NCBI GenBank assembly: GCA_002633005.1
Contig: NMRA01000690.1
Span: 138,887 to 202,886 of the forward strand
From: Phoronis australis
Lineage: Eukaryota > Animalia > Phoronida
Direction of reading: 5' to 3'
Length of the DNA: 64,000 bases
The notes below the pieces were generated by a model, which worked only from the letters and a program-made list of their open reading frames with translations, was not told the DNA's origin and searched no databases. A program made the translations under genes and the position numbers. Shown piece by piece: positions 28,941-64,000 of the stretch; within the stretch, counting starts at the first letter, position 1; each line of letters opens with the position of its first letter.

Positions 28941-29342
28941 ATGACGCACATCCACTTCCGGCTTGAGGGATTCAAAAACTACACTCTGACAGGCGCGCTC
29001 ATTCACGTGAATTCAACTGATGCGCCAACTGACGATGTGGGACCAGTCTACTACGTTTTTGCCGTAATCTTTATCTACAGCATGTCTATTGTTCTAATGA
29101 TTGCCTCCACAGTGAGGCGGTCTTACGTGGACCGTCATATTGCTTCGTACTTGAAAGAAATTGATCACGTGAGAGAGATGACGCATAAAAATCCAAATTG
29201 GCCTGGTCGCGTTGACTTAACTGCATTGAAGCCTGTAATGTCAAAAACGTCTTTTATAAGTGAGACAAACAATGAAAACGTCTTTGCTGAAGATGAACCG
29301 TCAGGCGGTCCAACCGAACTGTTAATAATTAATGAATCGTGA
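28941..29342 (+). CDS. 133-aa single-pass membrane protein, KCNE/MinK-like architecture (uncharacterised)
   Basis: ATG at 28941 follows an in-frame stop, within an exon opened by acceptor TTTCAG|28866. No signal peptide; N-terminal sequons NYT and NST; one hydrophobic helix VYYVFAVIFIYSMSIVLMIAS; basic juxtamembrane STVRRS; D-x5-YL; acidic tail. Protein-like composition, unlike neighbouring ORFs. Confidence 0.75.
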   Translation: MTHIHFRLEGFKNYTLTGALIHVNSTDAPTDDVGPVYYVFAVIFIYSMSIVLMIASTVRRSYVDRHIASYLKEIDHVREMTHKNPNWPGRVDLTALKPVMSKTSFISETNNENVFAEDEPSGGPTELLIINES

Positions 29343-31069
29343 CTGCAGTGACGTAGTCCGACCACGAGCTTACAAGATGTACAGCTTCAGTTATCACTTT
29401 CCAGGAAACCGCAACATCAGAATCGTGCGTGTACAATACAGGCAGATCACTTGGCAAATGAGCAAATTTATAGAGCCCCTACGGACAGGACCACAAGATA
29501 ACAAAAACGCCGTAGCATACTGAATTCGAAAGTTGTGGATACCTGCACGACATCATAGATCCTCCAGTGTAATCGGTTGCTCCGCAGAAGTCGCACTTTT
29601 ACTCGAACCCGTGTGCGCTTACTTTGGCTTGATGTCTGTCGTAAATATGTCCAGGGGTGATGCATTCCGTAGACGCAAAATACTCCTGATGAGCTTGCAG
29701 GAAAAAATGTTCGCTTATGGAACGGAAGTGGTGAATGTGTTCCATAATTCGACATTCTAACTCAACCAACCAATCGCTTTAGTTGCCGCCTTGCTTGAGT
29801 ACCCCAGTAAGGTCCCGATCATAGTTGTGAAACACTGTATGTCTTTCACTTGAGTGATTTTGCGTTTTTCCGAGTTTCTCCCGTCTACGGATCGCACCCC
29901 AGATCTGAACCAGAAAAATATTTAATTTTAATTCTGTTACTTTCGCATATTGAATCATGGATACACACTTTCGATTCAATTTCTCGTTGTTGCAGCAGCT
30001 GCAAGTCGCCATGGTCAACAATGGTTATCCAAAAGGGATTCCTCAACTTCAAACTAATGCACCCAAGAATCTCGTGCCTGAAGCTAGTGTAGTCGAGTGC
30101 TCTGGAAGAAATGTATGGCGATATCTTGCGATGTCCTACGACATCTTGCGTTTTCGCTACAATGCTCCCACGAAACGAATATTAATGTTTGGTGTCAACT
30201 TCGCCCAGATAGCCAACGAACAGGTAGTTTTATCAACGTTGGTCGGTGTCACTCTTTATGCGACACTACGTAAATGCGTCTGATTTTTATATAGCAATCC
30301 GATTCCATGGCGAACAGGGCTACGTCAACCTGAATAGAAAGTGAGAATTATGAATATGTGGTTCGGTGACAAGTTGTGCGTGTTCCACACACCGAAAATG
30401 CCGCCAATATACAGTCTGCGATTTTTCATCAAAGGGGCGGTTTTGTGTGCCAAGAGTGGACTGGGGAGGTTATTGTTGAATGTGGTGCACTTCTTGAATT
30501 TATTAGCTTTTGACCAGATCCATGAAACAATAAAATACGTTATTTTTTGTGATTTCATTACAAATCGCCGATTTTCGCCGCTACATGTATCTGCCAAACA
30601 TTCGCAGAAATCACGTCTGGTCTCTTTACCATTTAAATGCCGTTATTCACCTCGTGGGATTTGGCTCAGACGCGGATCGTTCGGCTGATTGGTTCGATTC
30701 CTAGTTTCTTCTAGTTTCTGTGAAATTGCTTCTCTCGTCCAGAACGCATTTGTCCAAAGTGAAGATTTGTGAGGAAAATGACAGTCATTAATGGGACAAA
30801 ATCAATGCAATTAGGCCAATTTGTCGTCATGACATGTTAGAATATTTAATCACCCCTGTTCCAAATATATCAGCTGCTCCAAACCTGGCTATCCACGGCA
30901 CAAGCTAACACAACATTGTGAGTCGATATTTAGTGCAGTTTGTCCGCTAAGTCATTGCGCATGTCTACACTTAGTGAGAAACCATGAGAGACGAAATGAA
31001 CGTCTAACGCTTATTAACGTTGTTTTGCTTCGTTTTCGATTTGGCATTATACTGAGAACAACCTCTGTA

Positions 31070-31272
31070 AATAAAGATGTCGGGCATTTCACTGGTATAT
31101 TGTTATTCCACTACACTGGAAACAATGAGACATAACTATTTTCAATAAATAACTTATCGTTTAATACAATCTGTTTTCATTCACATATATGACGCACTTG
31201 GAGGACCTATTTACCGTAATTCAGTATGAACACATTTTTTATCAAAATAAACAAAGACAATTTTCTTTTAAT
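31070..31272. terminator. Cluster of candidate polyadenylation signals for both convergent genes
   Basis: Plus-strand AATAAA at 31070, 31144 and 31246. Minus-strand ATTAAA at 31165-31160 and 31272-31267. All lie between the two stop codons. Confidence 0.4.
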
Positions 31273-32041
31273 TGGACATTTGCATTTTAGATGCTGCAAA
31301 GAACTTTTCAGTCAATTGACGAAATCGAGAATAATACAAGACGCTAAAACAAGTCACATTTAAATTGACTTTGCACGATGCAGATGAATTATAATGCTGC
31401 AAATATTACGTCAGCTTATTACTGCTATCTCGGAAAACGATAGCTTTAGATAGTAGTGTATGCATCGTGTCGGGTAAGTCAACAGATTTGAGGGAGGCCA
31501 AAGTCAAAAAGAAACATTTAAGGTTGAACAGTACAGGACATTTTTCGTGTGCTTTGAAATACAAAAAACAGTCGCCCGTAAGGTTAAGTTTCGTATGCAC
31601 CAGCAGGGAGAACTTCCCCGATTTGGTGTCCCGTTTCCAAACTCAGAGCACGACGACGTCAAAACCCACGTATCTGATAGTTGCAAACTCAGATCAATCC
31701 GTCGACGCACAAGCGTCAAGCTCAGGCTGTAGTATTCTATCAACTAAGCGCGAAACACGTGTCCACGTACTTGAGACAATCAAAGTTCAACATAATGGCC
31801 ATTGCCCAAAATGCACTTAACAAATACGAAAACTTTCGAAAATCCAACATTTATACAGGTACAAACCACAGAGGGAACGTTTTTGACAATTGATTTTGTC
31901 ACAAAAATATGACACTCGAACAACGTTATTCTCTGTGACCCTGATGAGTATTAAACACACAGCACCATCTCAAAGAAAAGGTTCGTCCGTGGACTGATAG
32001 CAGTGAAGGTGTTCAACTTCCGCTAATTTTACTGCCACTGA

Positions 32042-53868
<21,827 letters not shown>

Positions 53869-55288
53869 TCCCCATGAGTCGGTGTAGATATTGCTATCAC
53901 CTTCTGAAAATCGCCATCGGTTCCTATACTACGAATCCAGTTCAACTGATTCCACGCGATTCAGTGAAAATGGATATCGCACTCACTCGTAAGCTGCGCT
54001 CTCCTCACTCGTCACCGGTATTGTTTTTCTCCGTCACACGGATTCCTGACACTCAACGTCCAAGAGACTTCTTTCTGCGTCACTAATTACTGCCAATCAA
54101 CAGCTCAACTGTCCAGAAGACAAGCAGCACTGCAGCCATGTTACTCGATGATTATTCGCTTGTTAATGATCTCGACTAATGACTGCTCATCAGTGAAAAC
54201 GCGATCTAATCCCTCAAACAGTGAGTTAAAGCTTTCCTGAGCCGACGTATAGTCTCATCTCCATTTACGATTTCTCAGTTCACTGAGTAGGAACATTTAT
54301 TGCGAAAGCGGGTCCGCAATCACGTCATCATATAGGTGCTCTTTCACTCGGAACTCTCAACTTATTTGTGATTTATAAACCTAGACGAGAGCTTGAATGT
54401 TTATGTTGAAGTTAACAGGAGAGAAGGCGAAGCTTGTAATTTCGAATGAATGCAAAAGAGTTCATTGCGTGTAATCTATTTTTCTGACAGCGCGTGTTAC
54501 GCAATATTTACAATAGAGAACTGAGAGAGAATGTTTACGTGCGTGAGTAGGGCATTGCCTACAGAATAAACTCATTGACGACATTGAAAACCCAATTTTG
54601 GAAATCGATGAAGACGGTGCTAATTCTGACCAATGAGATAAATGAGTTAGCTCAATTGTTCTAACCTAGGATCTGACATGAAAAGACAGCCCACGTTAGA
54701 CGGTAGTCGTTAGGACTCGTATTACAACCATATACAGAACCACACTGTTGGCAACGCGATTCTATTGACCGCAACCCCCTACTGTAGAGTTGCTTTGAAT
54801 GGATACACGATCAGTGCCGGGTCCCCCAATCTATGAGAAGTCCGGGTGCTCATGGTAATTTGAATTAATCCCCTGGTTGTCACAATTCAAAGTTTTCGAG
54901 CTTGGCGCACACCTCGACGAAACGCTACGTAACAATATTTATCTTTGATTCATGAGGGACCCAAAGCTGTGAATTATTTATTTTCATTATGATTAATAAT
55001 CCGTCAGTACCTTCGGGTTCGCCTGAAACGTGTCACGGTGGATTTGACTGTAAAGATGTTTTAGATTTAGGCAAACACTGGTCCAACGACTTTGAATTTA
55101 CGTGTGGACGTCCGTTTAAGACAGAATTGAAGTTGCTGGACTCGAGTTTGGCGAATAAGACGACCAGTACAATTTTCGACCAGCAATATCCGGGTACCAA
55201 TCAAATCATCCGCCCTCGTGACTGAGTGTCATTGCATACCCACTGACACAGCGCCACCTATACTGAAAAGAATCCATGTGGAAACCTG

Positions 55289-55587
55289 GGCCCGGTCTCT
55301 AATATTTGTACTCGAAACGAACTCGAAACTATTTTTGGCAATTTCTCAGCTCCTTTTGTGCGAACTTAAAAGATAATTGGTAATCAGACTGTGCTCGAAT
55401 ATATTATAGTTTATGCATAGGAGTTTCTAGTTCAAGTTTGCCCTTGAAGACCCTTATATTTGGGCTACAAACTCGAGTAAAAACTCGAAATTTCGAGTTC
55501 AAACTCGAACTTATTGCTTTAATATTGGGTTTACAAACTGCGAACTAAGGGCAATAAATTATCTACGTAAGTTATTGTGTACTCGAG
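55289..55587. mobile_element. Truncated inverted family-C copy, forming a long inverted repeat with 55699-55995
   Basis: Reverse complement of 55699-55995 with about a dozen differences; starts CTG|GGCCCGGTCTC. Confidence 0.85.
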
Positions 55588-55592
55588 TGCTG

Positions 55593-55995
55593 GGCCCGGT
55601 CTCCAATCTTTTTACTCGAAATGGAACTCGAAATTAGGTTTGGCATTTTCTACTCTACTTTTGGGCGAAATCAAGATAAGTGTCTATTATTCTATATGCT
55701 CGAGTACACAATAACTTACGTAGATAATTTATTTCCCTTAGTTCACAGTTTGTAAGCCCAATATTAAAGCAAGAAGTTCGAGTTTGAACTCGAAATTTCG
55801 GGTTTTTACTCGAGTTTGTAGCACCAATATAAGGGTCTTCAAGGGCAAACTTGAACTAGAAACTCCTATGCATAAACTATAATGTATTCGAGCACAGTCT
55901 GATAACCAATTATCTTAAGTTCGCACAAAAGGAGCAGAAAAATTGCCAAAAATAGTTTCGAGTTCGTTTCGAGTACAAAGATTAGAGACCGGGCC
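55593..55995. mobile_element. PIF/Harbinger-like MITE (family C), full length, 403 bp
   Basis: TIR GGCCCGGTCTC(C/T)AATCTTT(T/G)TACTCGAAA; CTG on both flanks (55590-55592, 55996-55998). Confidence 0.85.
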
Positions 55996-58879
55996 CTGAT
56001 GAACGACACACGGAATTCCGTGAGTGGGCATCAATGCGCATGCTTGGTCGGAAGTTTATCGATCACATCGCCACCACTTCACACGCTTTCTATGCAATGT
56101 ACTAGTTTGGGCTAGTTAGCCGTGGGATCAACGTTGATTTTGTTTATTTCGATCACTGCCTGTTATAATAAATTGCAACTACTTCAAGTCAAAGGTGATC
56201 GCCATAACAGTAAACTGGAAGGGGGCTTCCCAGCTTTCAACCAATGGGAATGACAGAATGTTATGACTTCGGTTTCATTACTTTAACCAATGAGAAGCCA
56301 TAATATACCACCATCTACAGTGCTACCTTCCGTAGCACTGTGAAAGAGTGTAGTCCGTGCATTCCCAACAATAATGACAGAAATGCAATCAAGGTCCCCG
56401 GAATATCTGAAACATTGTCAACCGAACGCCAGTGACCTCGATCAACTTGAACTCGTGACCACATGAAGAATTGGTTCGCTGAGCAGAAACGTGGAATCCA
56501 ATCTCAGTAGTGCGCCGAGAAGCCATGAGTCAGTGGACGCAAAAACAAGCAACGAATTGTCAAGGCCTTTTGTCGGATCACCGAATTCATCAATTTAACA
56601 AGTTATTGGTATTTACGATCGACCGTTGAAGTCCGACAGCAGCAATATTAGTTTCTGCCTAGTTAGACATTTTGGCCATTCTTGAAAATACAGGTCACGA
56701 CGTGGCACTCTTCGTGACGAATATTTATTAACCATGGCCGGTCGTAAGTACGGCCTGCTTGTGTCAATGTTTACACTGTAGATTGAAAATAGAAGCGATT
56801 GTTGGAAAAAGTCAAAGCCTTGTGAAAAAATCTCAGATCTTGTCCAGTTTCACTTCCAAACCATTCAAAACCCATCAAAGAGATCAAAAGCGTTCAGCAA
56901 TTTTAAATTATATTTTGACTGAGATGTTGTCGCCGGAATTTCAAAACCGCAACCTTTGATACCCCGTCCACATTTATTTCCCATCCATGGCAAAAAATAA
57001 TTTTCACGCCACTTGGGTTATCAGATTTTTCCTTTTGAACTTATGACCTATAATTCCCATGGATTCTGTAACCTCAACACATGTATTTTTGTAACACACA
57101 AGAATTCTAGTCAACGGAGAACATTTACGCATTCACCATTAACTGACGTTCAGTATTGATGCACTCCCAGCTAAATATGGAATCGTACTCGTCTCTCAGT
57201 GAAAAACTCGTTTTTAACCAGTTCCCTGCTTATCGTGTATGGAAAATTCGTCAGTGCTGATGCATGAAGTAAAATGTGCGTTTGATTAAATGACGTGTGA
57301 AACACTGAGATAGAGCAGAATGCTGGTGATTTCCGTTTAGGCTTACTTGTACAGTGTCTTACGTTTTTTTTTTTTCAAATACAAGATTCCGTCCGTTAAC
57401 TTGTACCAGTAATAACGGTGTCGTTTTTTCTCACACGAGGATAATTGGGGCAAAAGTTGCAGCAAGAAATAAAAGACTTGGTTAACTTATTAAAAATTCT
57501 CCAATTTGTTGCTTAGTGCTAAGCAAAGCTTTGATCTCAGTTGAGATGTTTTGAAATAATTCTTGAATTACCGTTAGGCCTGTTCTGCGAAATTTTAATT
57601 TATACAGGTATACCTATGTTTATGTCAACAGCTTAAAGATGTTGACATCTACATGGGTATACCTGTGTCGTAATTGCTGAGCCATTTAGTCATCAGTTTG
57701 AAGAAGGCTTGTGTTATCAAAATGGCGGCCACGGTTCAAACAACCAAGGCAAAACTGTAACATTAGCCAACAGTTCCACAAATTCAACGATCTGTCACCA
57801 CAGTGGGCTAATTAAAAACTTGAGCACAAGACATCAGACGAAGCTTTCGCAAAAATACGGCCATGTGAGATTTCTTCGACAATTTGAATAATAATAAGAA
57901 TGAATAATTGGTTCAACAAGTGGTAATGCTATTGACGCATGTGTGTTTACTACAAGCTGTTGGTGCCCATAAAAAATGCGTGCGTGCTCCTCACAAGTAG
58001 CTTTTCTACATTATCAGCAATGCCTTGGTTCAGCCAAAGAAATTACCAACGTCAAGATCAAAGTCGCTACCCTTTCACTCACGTGATTTTGCGTGATTTT
58101 ACGTAGTTTTGTCGAACTAGCAAGAAACTCGCTCTACAGAACGCATCCTTGCAAAGATAGGTGTTAGGTAATGCATTAAAAGCAAATCATGATAAACATG
58201 TTTATTCGGGGATAACTGGGTACTTGTTGACGTCGCACCATGAAGACATCCACATTACTGTGTACATTTACCCTTGATCCTGACCGGCTGCTTGTTAGAC
58301 TGATGAGTTGTTTCTTTCACGGAATGGCCGAAATGACTCCACTCCCAAAAGACCATAGACGCAGCATCTACAAAATCCATACATGTCACGGATTTCGTGT
58401 ACAACAAAACTTGATGTGTTTTGTGCTAGCAGCTCCAAAATTTTTCGTTGGAAAACGTTTCATTAAAGTACTGTAAGAACGGTATTATTTTTGCTTGAAA
58501 CGGAAGCAGCGTAACGCCCCATGCGTGATGCTTCAGATTGACCAATGAAATGACTTGTTTGTGAAACTGTTTGAAATCAGTTTTAAAGGTAGTTGCAGAC
58601 AATTTTAGAACATCTGAGGGGCTTCTATCTACTTTCTAAGTCTGACCTTTGCAAAGTCAATGATAGCCCATAGGCAACATGTTGTACGCGTTTTCCATCG
58701 TTGAACCGAGTATCACATTTTCCTCCATATTAACGATTTAGCAAATCGCGTGCTACCTAGCAATAATAACTATTTAGTAAATAGTATACTTAACAAAAAA
58801 ATGTTCAATAAGTTAATATTTAAGTAAGCAGTGGTATTTGAACTATCTATAAATATCAAGAATTTGAATAAATTTGCAA

Positions 58880-59032
58880 ATGACAATCCATTGCTAAGCG
58901 ATAAATTTTGCAGTGGTGAAGGCAGTTTATACATGTATACAGCACACGTAAAAATTAAGTAGATGACAATCTATCGCTAAGCGATAAATTCTGCAGTCGT
59001 GAAAGCACTTTATACACGTCAAAACTAAGTAG
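58880..59032. repeat. Imperfect tandem duplication (83 + 70 bp)
   Basis: ATGACAATC.AT.GCTAAGCGATAAATT.TGCAGT.GTGAA...TAAGTAG twice. Confidence 0.85.
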
Positions 59033-62000
59033 ACAAAAATGCTGTTTCCCTGTCAACGGGTAATGGCATGTCAAGACGAGTCACTATAGCTAGTGTGACG
59101 AGGAATTCCGCTTTCACTCTGTCATCATGACGGTAAATTCCGGATCAATATCTGATAAATTTTGTAGTGTTTTTGTTCCATTACCATTACAAGATACTCT
59201 TGTTCTGACATTCATCAATTTAGTCCACATGAGTTTCTTCAGTCGAAAGATATCACTAAACTGTAAGCATTTCGTAAATTTCAACAATTTTGCAATAGCT
59301 TTTTGAGTTTTTTGAAAAAGTGGGCGGTTTCCGCGGAAAGATCATTGCATATGGCGGCAATCAAGTGAGTATCTGCAATGCATGAGTCAGCCTTTACTAA
59401 CTACGGCAGCCATTCTTGGTGGTGATGCACCTCCAAAAATAAACATTAAACCAAAGAAATCGTATAAATTCAATTAAGTTGTAATGAATGAGCAGTATTT
59501 AGGCTTAAGTTCCGAGTGGACTAACTTGCGATAAAATCCGTTTCATGAAGTTTTGTCTAAAATGAATCGAAAAGAGTATCTTTAAAGGTAACAAATGTAA
59601 ATAGGTCATGCGATAGTAGCAGTTACGTCACATAAGTTCTGCATCGGTTCATTCTCGTCAGAATACCTGCTTCACACAGTTTACATGTACGTCATACACA
59701 GTGGCACATGTTGTAACGAAGCCAGTAGTTTCGTATTGAAATTTCCAAATGGCTGAATTTAAGTTAAAAGTAATACCGTGGCATTCATTGATTGTAGAAT
59801 ACTAATAATAAGTAAAAATTGAGAATCTTTTTCCGGAAAATTGTAGAATTTTTACTAACGTTGCGAGGGTAACTTGCGTCATTCCACTGGGTAGAACTAT
59901 ATTTCAACAAATTGCCTTCGTTGAGCACAGGTAATTAATAGACGTCATTCCTGACATTATGTTGCGAAGCCATTAGTTTCCTTTAGTTTGACATATTTAG
60001 TGTTTTCAGACTCTAGATGATTTGAAATGAACACCGACGCTGCACTGTAGTTCAATGATGGCTTTGTCGCCGAAACTTATGTGGCTTCTTTCACTCCCCC
60101 TAAATCAATCGATCTCTCTGTTCAGTAAATCAACGTTTTCAGTCGCCAAGTTGTGATCGCAATTTCTAAATATTGAAAATCGCCGAGACAAGTCCAGTGG
60201 CTTTGTATCTCTTATCTTGGGAAATTGTCTTCCCTCGTCACATCTGAGTTCGATAACGAATACACCATTGTCTCTCTTGGAACTGTGATCTCGACGAGAT
60301 GGAACATGTTGGATATACAACGACAATGGACCAAATTCAGTTCTTTTTCTGCACATGAAAAGTAGCGGTAATAATGTGTCGACAGAAAACGTTGGTGTGC
60401 TGGATGGAGAGATCGATTTAAGAGGGAAGAAAACAGGAAACTATAACAAACCGTCACTGAATCGAAACGGTGGAGTTCGGTTCCAATTATTTACAGCCTG
60501 GAACCTGAATAACGGATTCACACCATGACGTCAAGAATGACACATGACCTATTATACACCTGTACACGATGCATATTGATCCTGCGCCGTCACTAATGAG
60601 TCAACAGTTGTCCGGAAGAAAAGGTTCATAATTTTAAATTATTTTTTTCTAATTTACATGCAATCTTACCTGTAGGATTCATTGGTAACCGAAAAGACGG
60701 TACTCTTGGTGCATCTGGTCACACGTAACAGTTTTCTTGGCTAAAGCAACATTGCGCTACAGCACCACGCCAATCTAATGTCACAACCTCGACTAGGCCT
60801 ACTGACGAAATGACAAGGTGTTTTTCCATTTAGGATAACCCGTTATCACATGCCAATGTTGAGTTATCAAAGGTAACGCTAGATAATAAACAGTAAATGG
60901 GCAGGGTACAAGCACTCGCAGTTTCTACATTTGGTTAAAACTCTTTCACAAGGTCATGTGCAACGTACAGATTGAAGCAGTTTCAGATGCTCAATTCAAA
61001 GAGTACATTTTCTTGGTGCATGTTTAACCAAAATTAGAGATTTATTTACCATTTGGTTTTGGCTTTTAGTCAAGCCTGTTCCCGAGCAGGCTACTAATTT
61101 CTGCTTTTTGGACTTTAAGTTGTAGACAAATTGTCTGACTTTTAGGCTTAGTCTGATTTCCAATGAGTCATACGTAGACTGTTTTTTCGCCTAAAGTCAA
61201 TAGACAACAGAATCGTTGACAAACAGCTGTCAGGATTTTAGTAGACTTTACTAGTAATTTTTCACCGAATTGCACGAAAGCTTTCCTTACGCCATGCACA
61301 TTTTACACTAGGAATCAGATACAGAGTGCACAACAATCTTGGCAAAGTTTTCTTATTTTTTTGAAAATAAATAATACAAACAAGCTAGTGACAAATACAG
61401 CAACCATTAGCATACAACGACATCTTGTGATCTCATTATGTTTCACCAAATCAGGGGTTGCGTTCAATAGACATGAGACACTCGCAATGCATTTACGGCG
61501 AAAACCGTTCACCTGTTGAACGGAAACAGTAGATTCTACTCCATCAATCAACATTCCAAACTCCAATCATTTCTGTGGCAGCTTTTTTCTTAGGACACGC
61601 TGGTGTGACCCATGTACTCGCGAAACACCCGCCTTTCTCTCGCGTGATTTTCCGTAATCTTACGTGATCTCCCTTTTTCTCCAGTCACTTCCCCAAGGCT
61701 CAAGATGGCGCGGATCGGTGTAGCCATTTGAGGCTTAGTTAGGAGAAAATCACCTGTCAGAATTATGACGCATTTTTACGGGAGTCGCCGGAATATCACG
61801 AGTTATATTAAGGAGTCTCTGAGATTTGTTGAGCGGTAATTATGCAACAATTCAGATTTAGTTCATTGAAAATTTGGGAATATCTCCTCACAAAGCCTCA
61901 ACCGGCTAAACCGATCAGCGCCTTCTCGAGGCTAGGGGACGAAGCTGGGTTTTTCGAGAGCTGGTTGATGGAACCTAACTGAATTTAGAAATAAATGATA

Positions 62001-64000
62001 CTCCATCCATATATCTACTTGTCATATTAACCTATTCTTGCGAACTTGAGCTTTTCAAGCTACCAACAGATCACCGCGGTGATCTATTAACTAGCATGTA
62101 GTCAATTTTGTTTCCAACTTATATGGAATTCCTTATCGACTTGTGGAGAACTGTGAGTTGTATTCTTACACGTTCTGTAACCCTTTCACACGATTGTCGG
62201 CTAGTCAGAACTAAACTCATAAAAACACAGCAGACTTTGCTAATAACCTCAGGAAGTCAACTCTACACAAAGTTAATCCCAAAATGCGATTTTTCGGCCA
62301 TAAAACCGAGTGTGTCCTTCTAAATTGATTTAGCCGATATGTTAGTAGGACTGGTGGCACCTCCTGTACTCGGTTACACGAACTGGACTGTGTAGTATCC
62401 TGATCGAGAGTATAACAATAGCACCCAACAACCGACTGAGTTAGAAAATTAGTGATAAAGCTAATAGCCAACTAAGCCATACTTGAATGGCGAACGAAAC
62501 CTGAGAATCGCTAAATTCCAAGAACAAATGGTAAAAAATGATTTGGAAGCTAACTGTATGTACCGATTCGCTTGTGATCATAATACATTCATTTGCGGGA
62601 GCATAAAAAAGAACTGACCTTTGTAAATATTAACGACTTCGAGATATGGCGGTTTTAGCCCTTGGATACAGCAGTCGTAACATCAGTGTGTAGGATTTTA
62701 TTGCCAACATGTTGGCAATTTTGTAGTGTAGAGTTTTATGTTGGAAACAGCTAATTACAAGGCGATTAATTTTTATCTAACTCCACCAACTGCAATTTAT
62801 AATGGACAGTCTGTTTTGTAGCAAATATTTACAATCTTTGGTTATAAATCTCAGAGAACTGACCTACAGAGGTAAAAGAAACGTGGCCCATTAGGTGAGT
62901 GACATTTCACAACCAGTTTATTCCATTCCAAAGGATTTCTTTTACAACAAAATTCCCTAAAAATGGTTTACTTTGAGAGTTCAAAACACGCTACAAAATA
63001 ATTTCTTTTCCTACTAAACAAATCTACTATGAGAAGGGATTTTTATATTTCTGTACTTCTAAAGCTTTTATTGCAAAACATACTTTTGGCAACACGGCAT
63101 CTCTTCTTATAATGTTTCGGGCTTTTTAGCTAATGGGTCAGAAATTAAAAATTCAATTGTTCAAAAATCGCCTGCCAAAAATATAATGGAGTGCCCCCCG
63201 GCACGGCAATATTCTAGTAGACAATTAGAAATGCGTACCTGCGACAGTTTGACATGTGACTGAACAAGATTCGTAGACTAGACCGACGACCTTCAGTTTT
63301 TTAGTCCAGTATTTTAAGAGAAAGGTGAAACCTAAATGCAAAATGTCATTGTTTTTAGTATAACGGCATTACGGGATTGATAAGAAGTCATCGAAGCAAA
63401 CAAATATCAAGCTTTTCCACAAATTTTCTTGAAGATGTAATCCGTGGAAACAGAATGTCGAGGGTAGACGACAGACATTTCATACCCTGACGAAATGCGC
63501 CGAAAGTCGTAAGATCGTGCCGTGAGTTCCACATAAAGATCGTAAGATGGACGTAAATATGATGACTGTAAGAAAATCCCAAGACAGACTTATAAAAACG
63601 TAAAATTCTAGGGTCATCGTGCCGATGAAAAGTAGGCAATTATTTCAAGAACGCCTCAAGTACAAGTAGGTCAAGTGAATTTGACAACAATTAGTTAAAA
63701 AACTATGACGTAACCAAGAATGGCTACAAACTCCGGTATCGTAAATAGTACTGGATTTTGGAATTTCTCACAAAAATCTTTGGAAGCGTAGCTTTAGCCT
63801 GTCACTAATGACTGCGAAAACAATGTTGAGACTTTAATTAGAACAAACCATTACAACAAATATAAATTCGGCAATGCATGTAGCTTGTAGCCCGCATTCA
63901 CACGTAATGCGCCTTCATAAACCAAATTAATTGCATACCAGTAAAACTTAACTACGACTGAACTCACGACTTTTGGTTGAACGTGCCCAAGAGTCATGGT

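Noticed and set aside
29957-30283. 108-aa ORF with NNGYPK, resembling a Penelope retroelement motif
   Set aside because: Only a 5-6 residue resemblance, with no RT or GIY-YIG motifs nearby; probably 3' UTR.

Overview
AT-rich (roughly 38-40% GC by eye), intron-rich animal genomic DNA, probably from an invertebrate. It is not prokaryotic, so nearly all ORFs in the supplied track are spurious. The main feature is a spliced minus-strand gene for a cAMP-dependent protein kinase catalytic subunit (PKA-C). Exons 2-10 were reconstructed by hand at 48944-32042. All introns are GT-AG, and the internal exon sizes (62/129/99/83/127/96/123/165 nt) match those I recall for human PRKACA. All catalytic residues are intact. 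The protein is nevertheless atypical at regulatory sites: W196Y, L198M, L205I, turn-motif S338A and a shortened C-tail. Its candidate first exon (about 53767-53903) can be read in two frames, each joining exon 2 in frame through a different donor. Tail-to-tail with it is a plus-strand 133-aa single-pass membrane protein with KCNE/MinK-like architecture (28941-29342). The rest is intergenic or intronic DNA with many non-autonomous DNA transposons, several with intact TIRs and TSDs. These include a nested cluster at 21.2-24.7 kb and a ~300-bp-arm inverted repeat at 55.3-56.0 kb. Microsatellites and short tandem duplications are also present. I found no rRNA, intact tRNA or CRISPR array.
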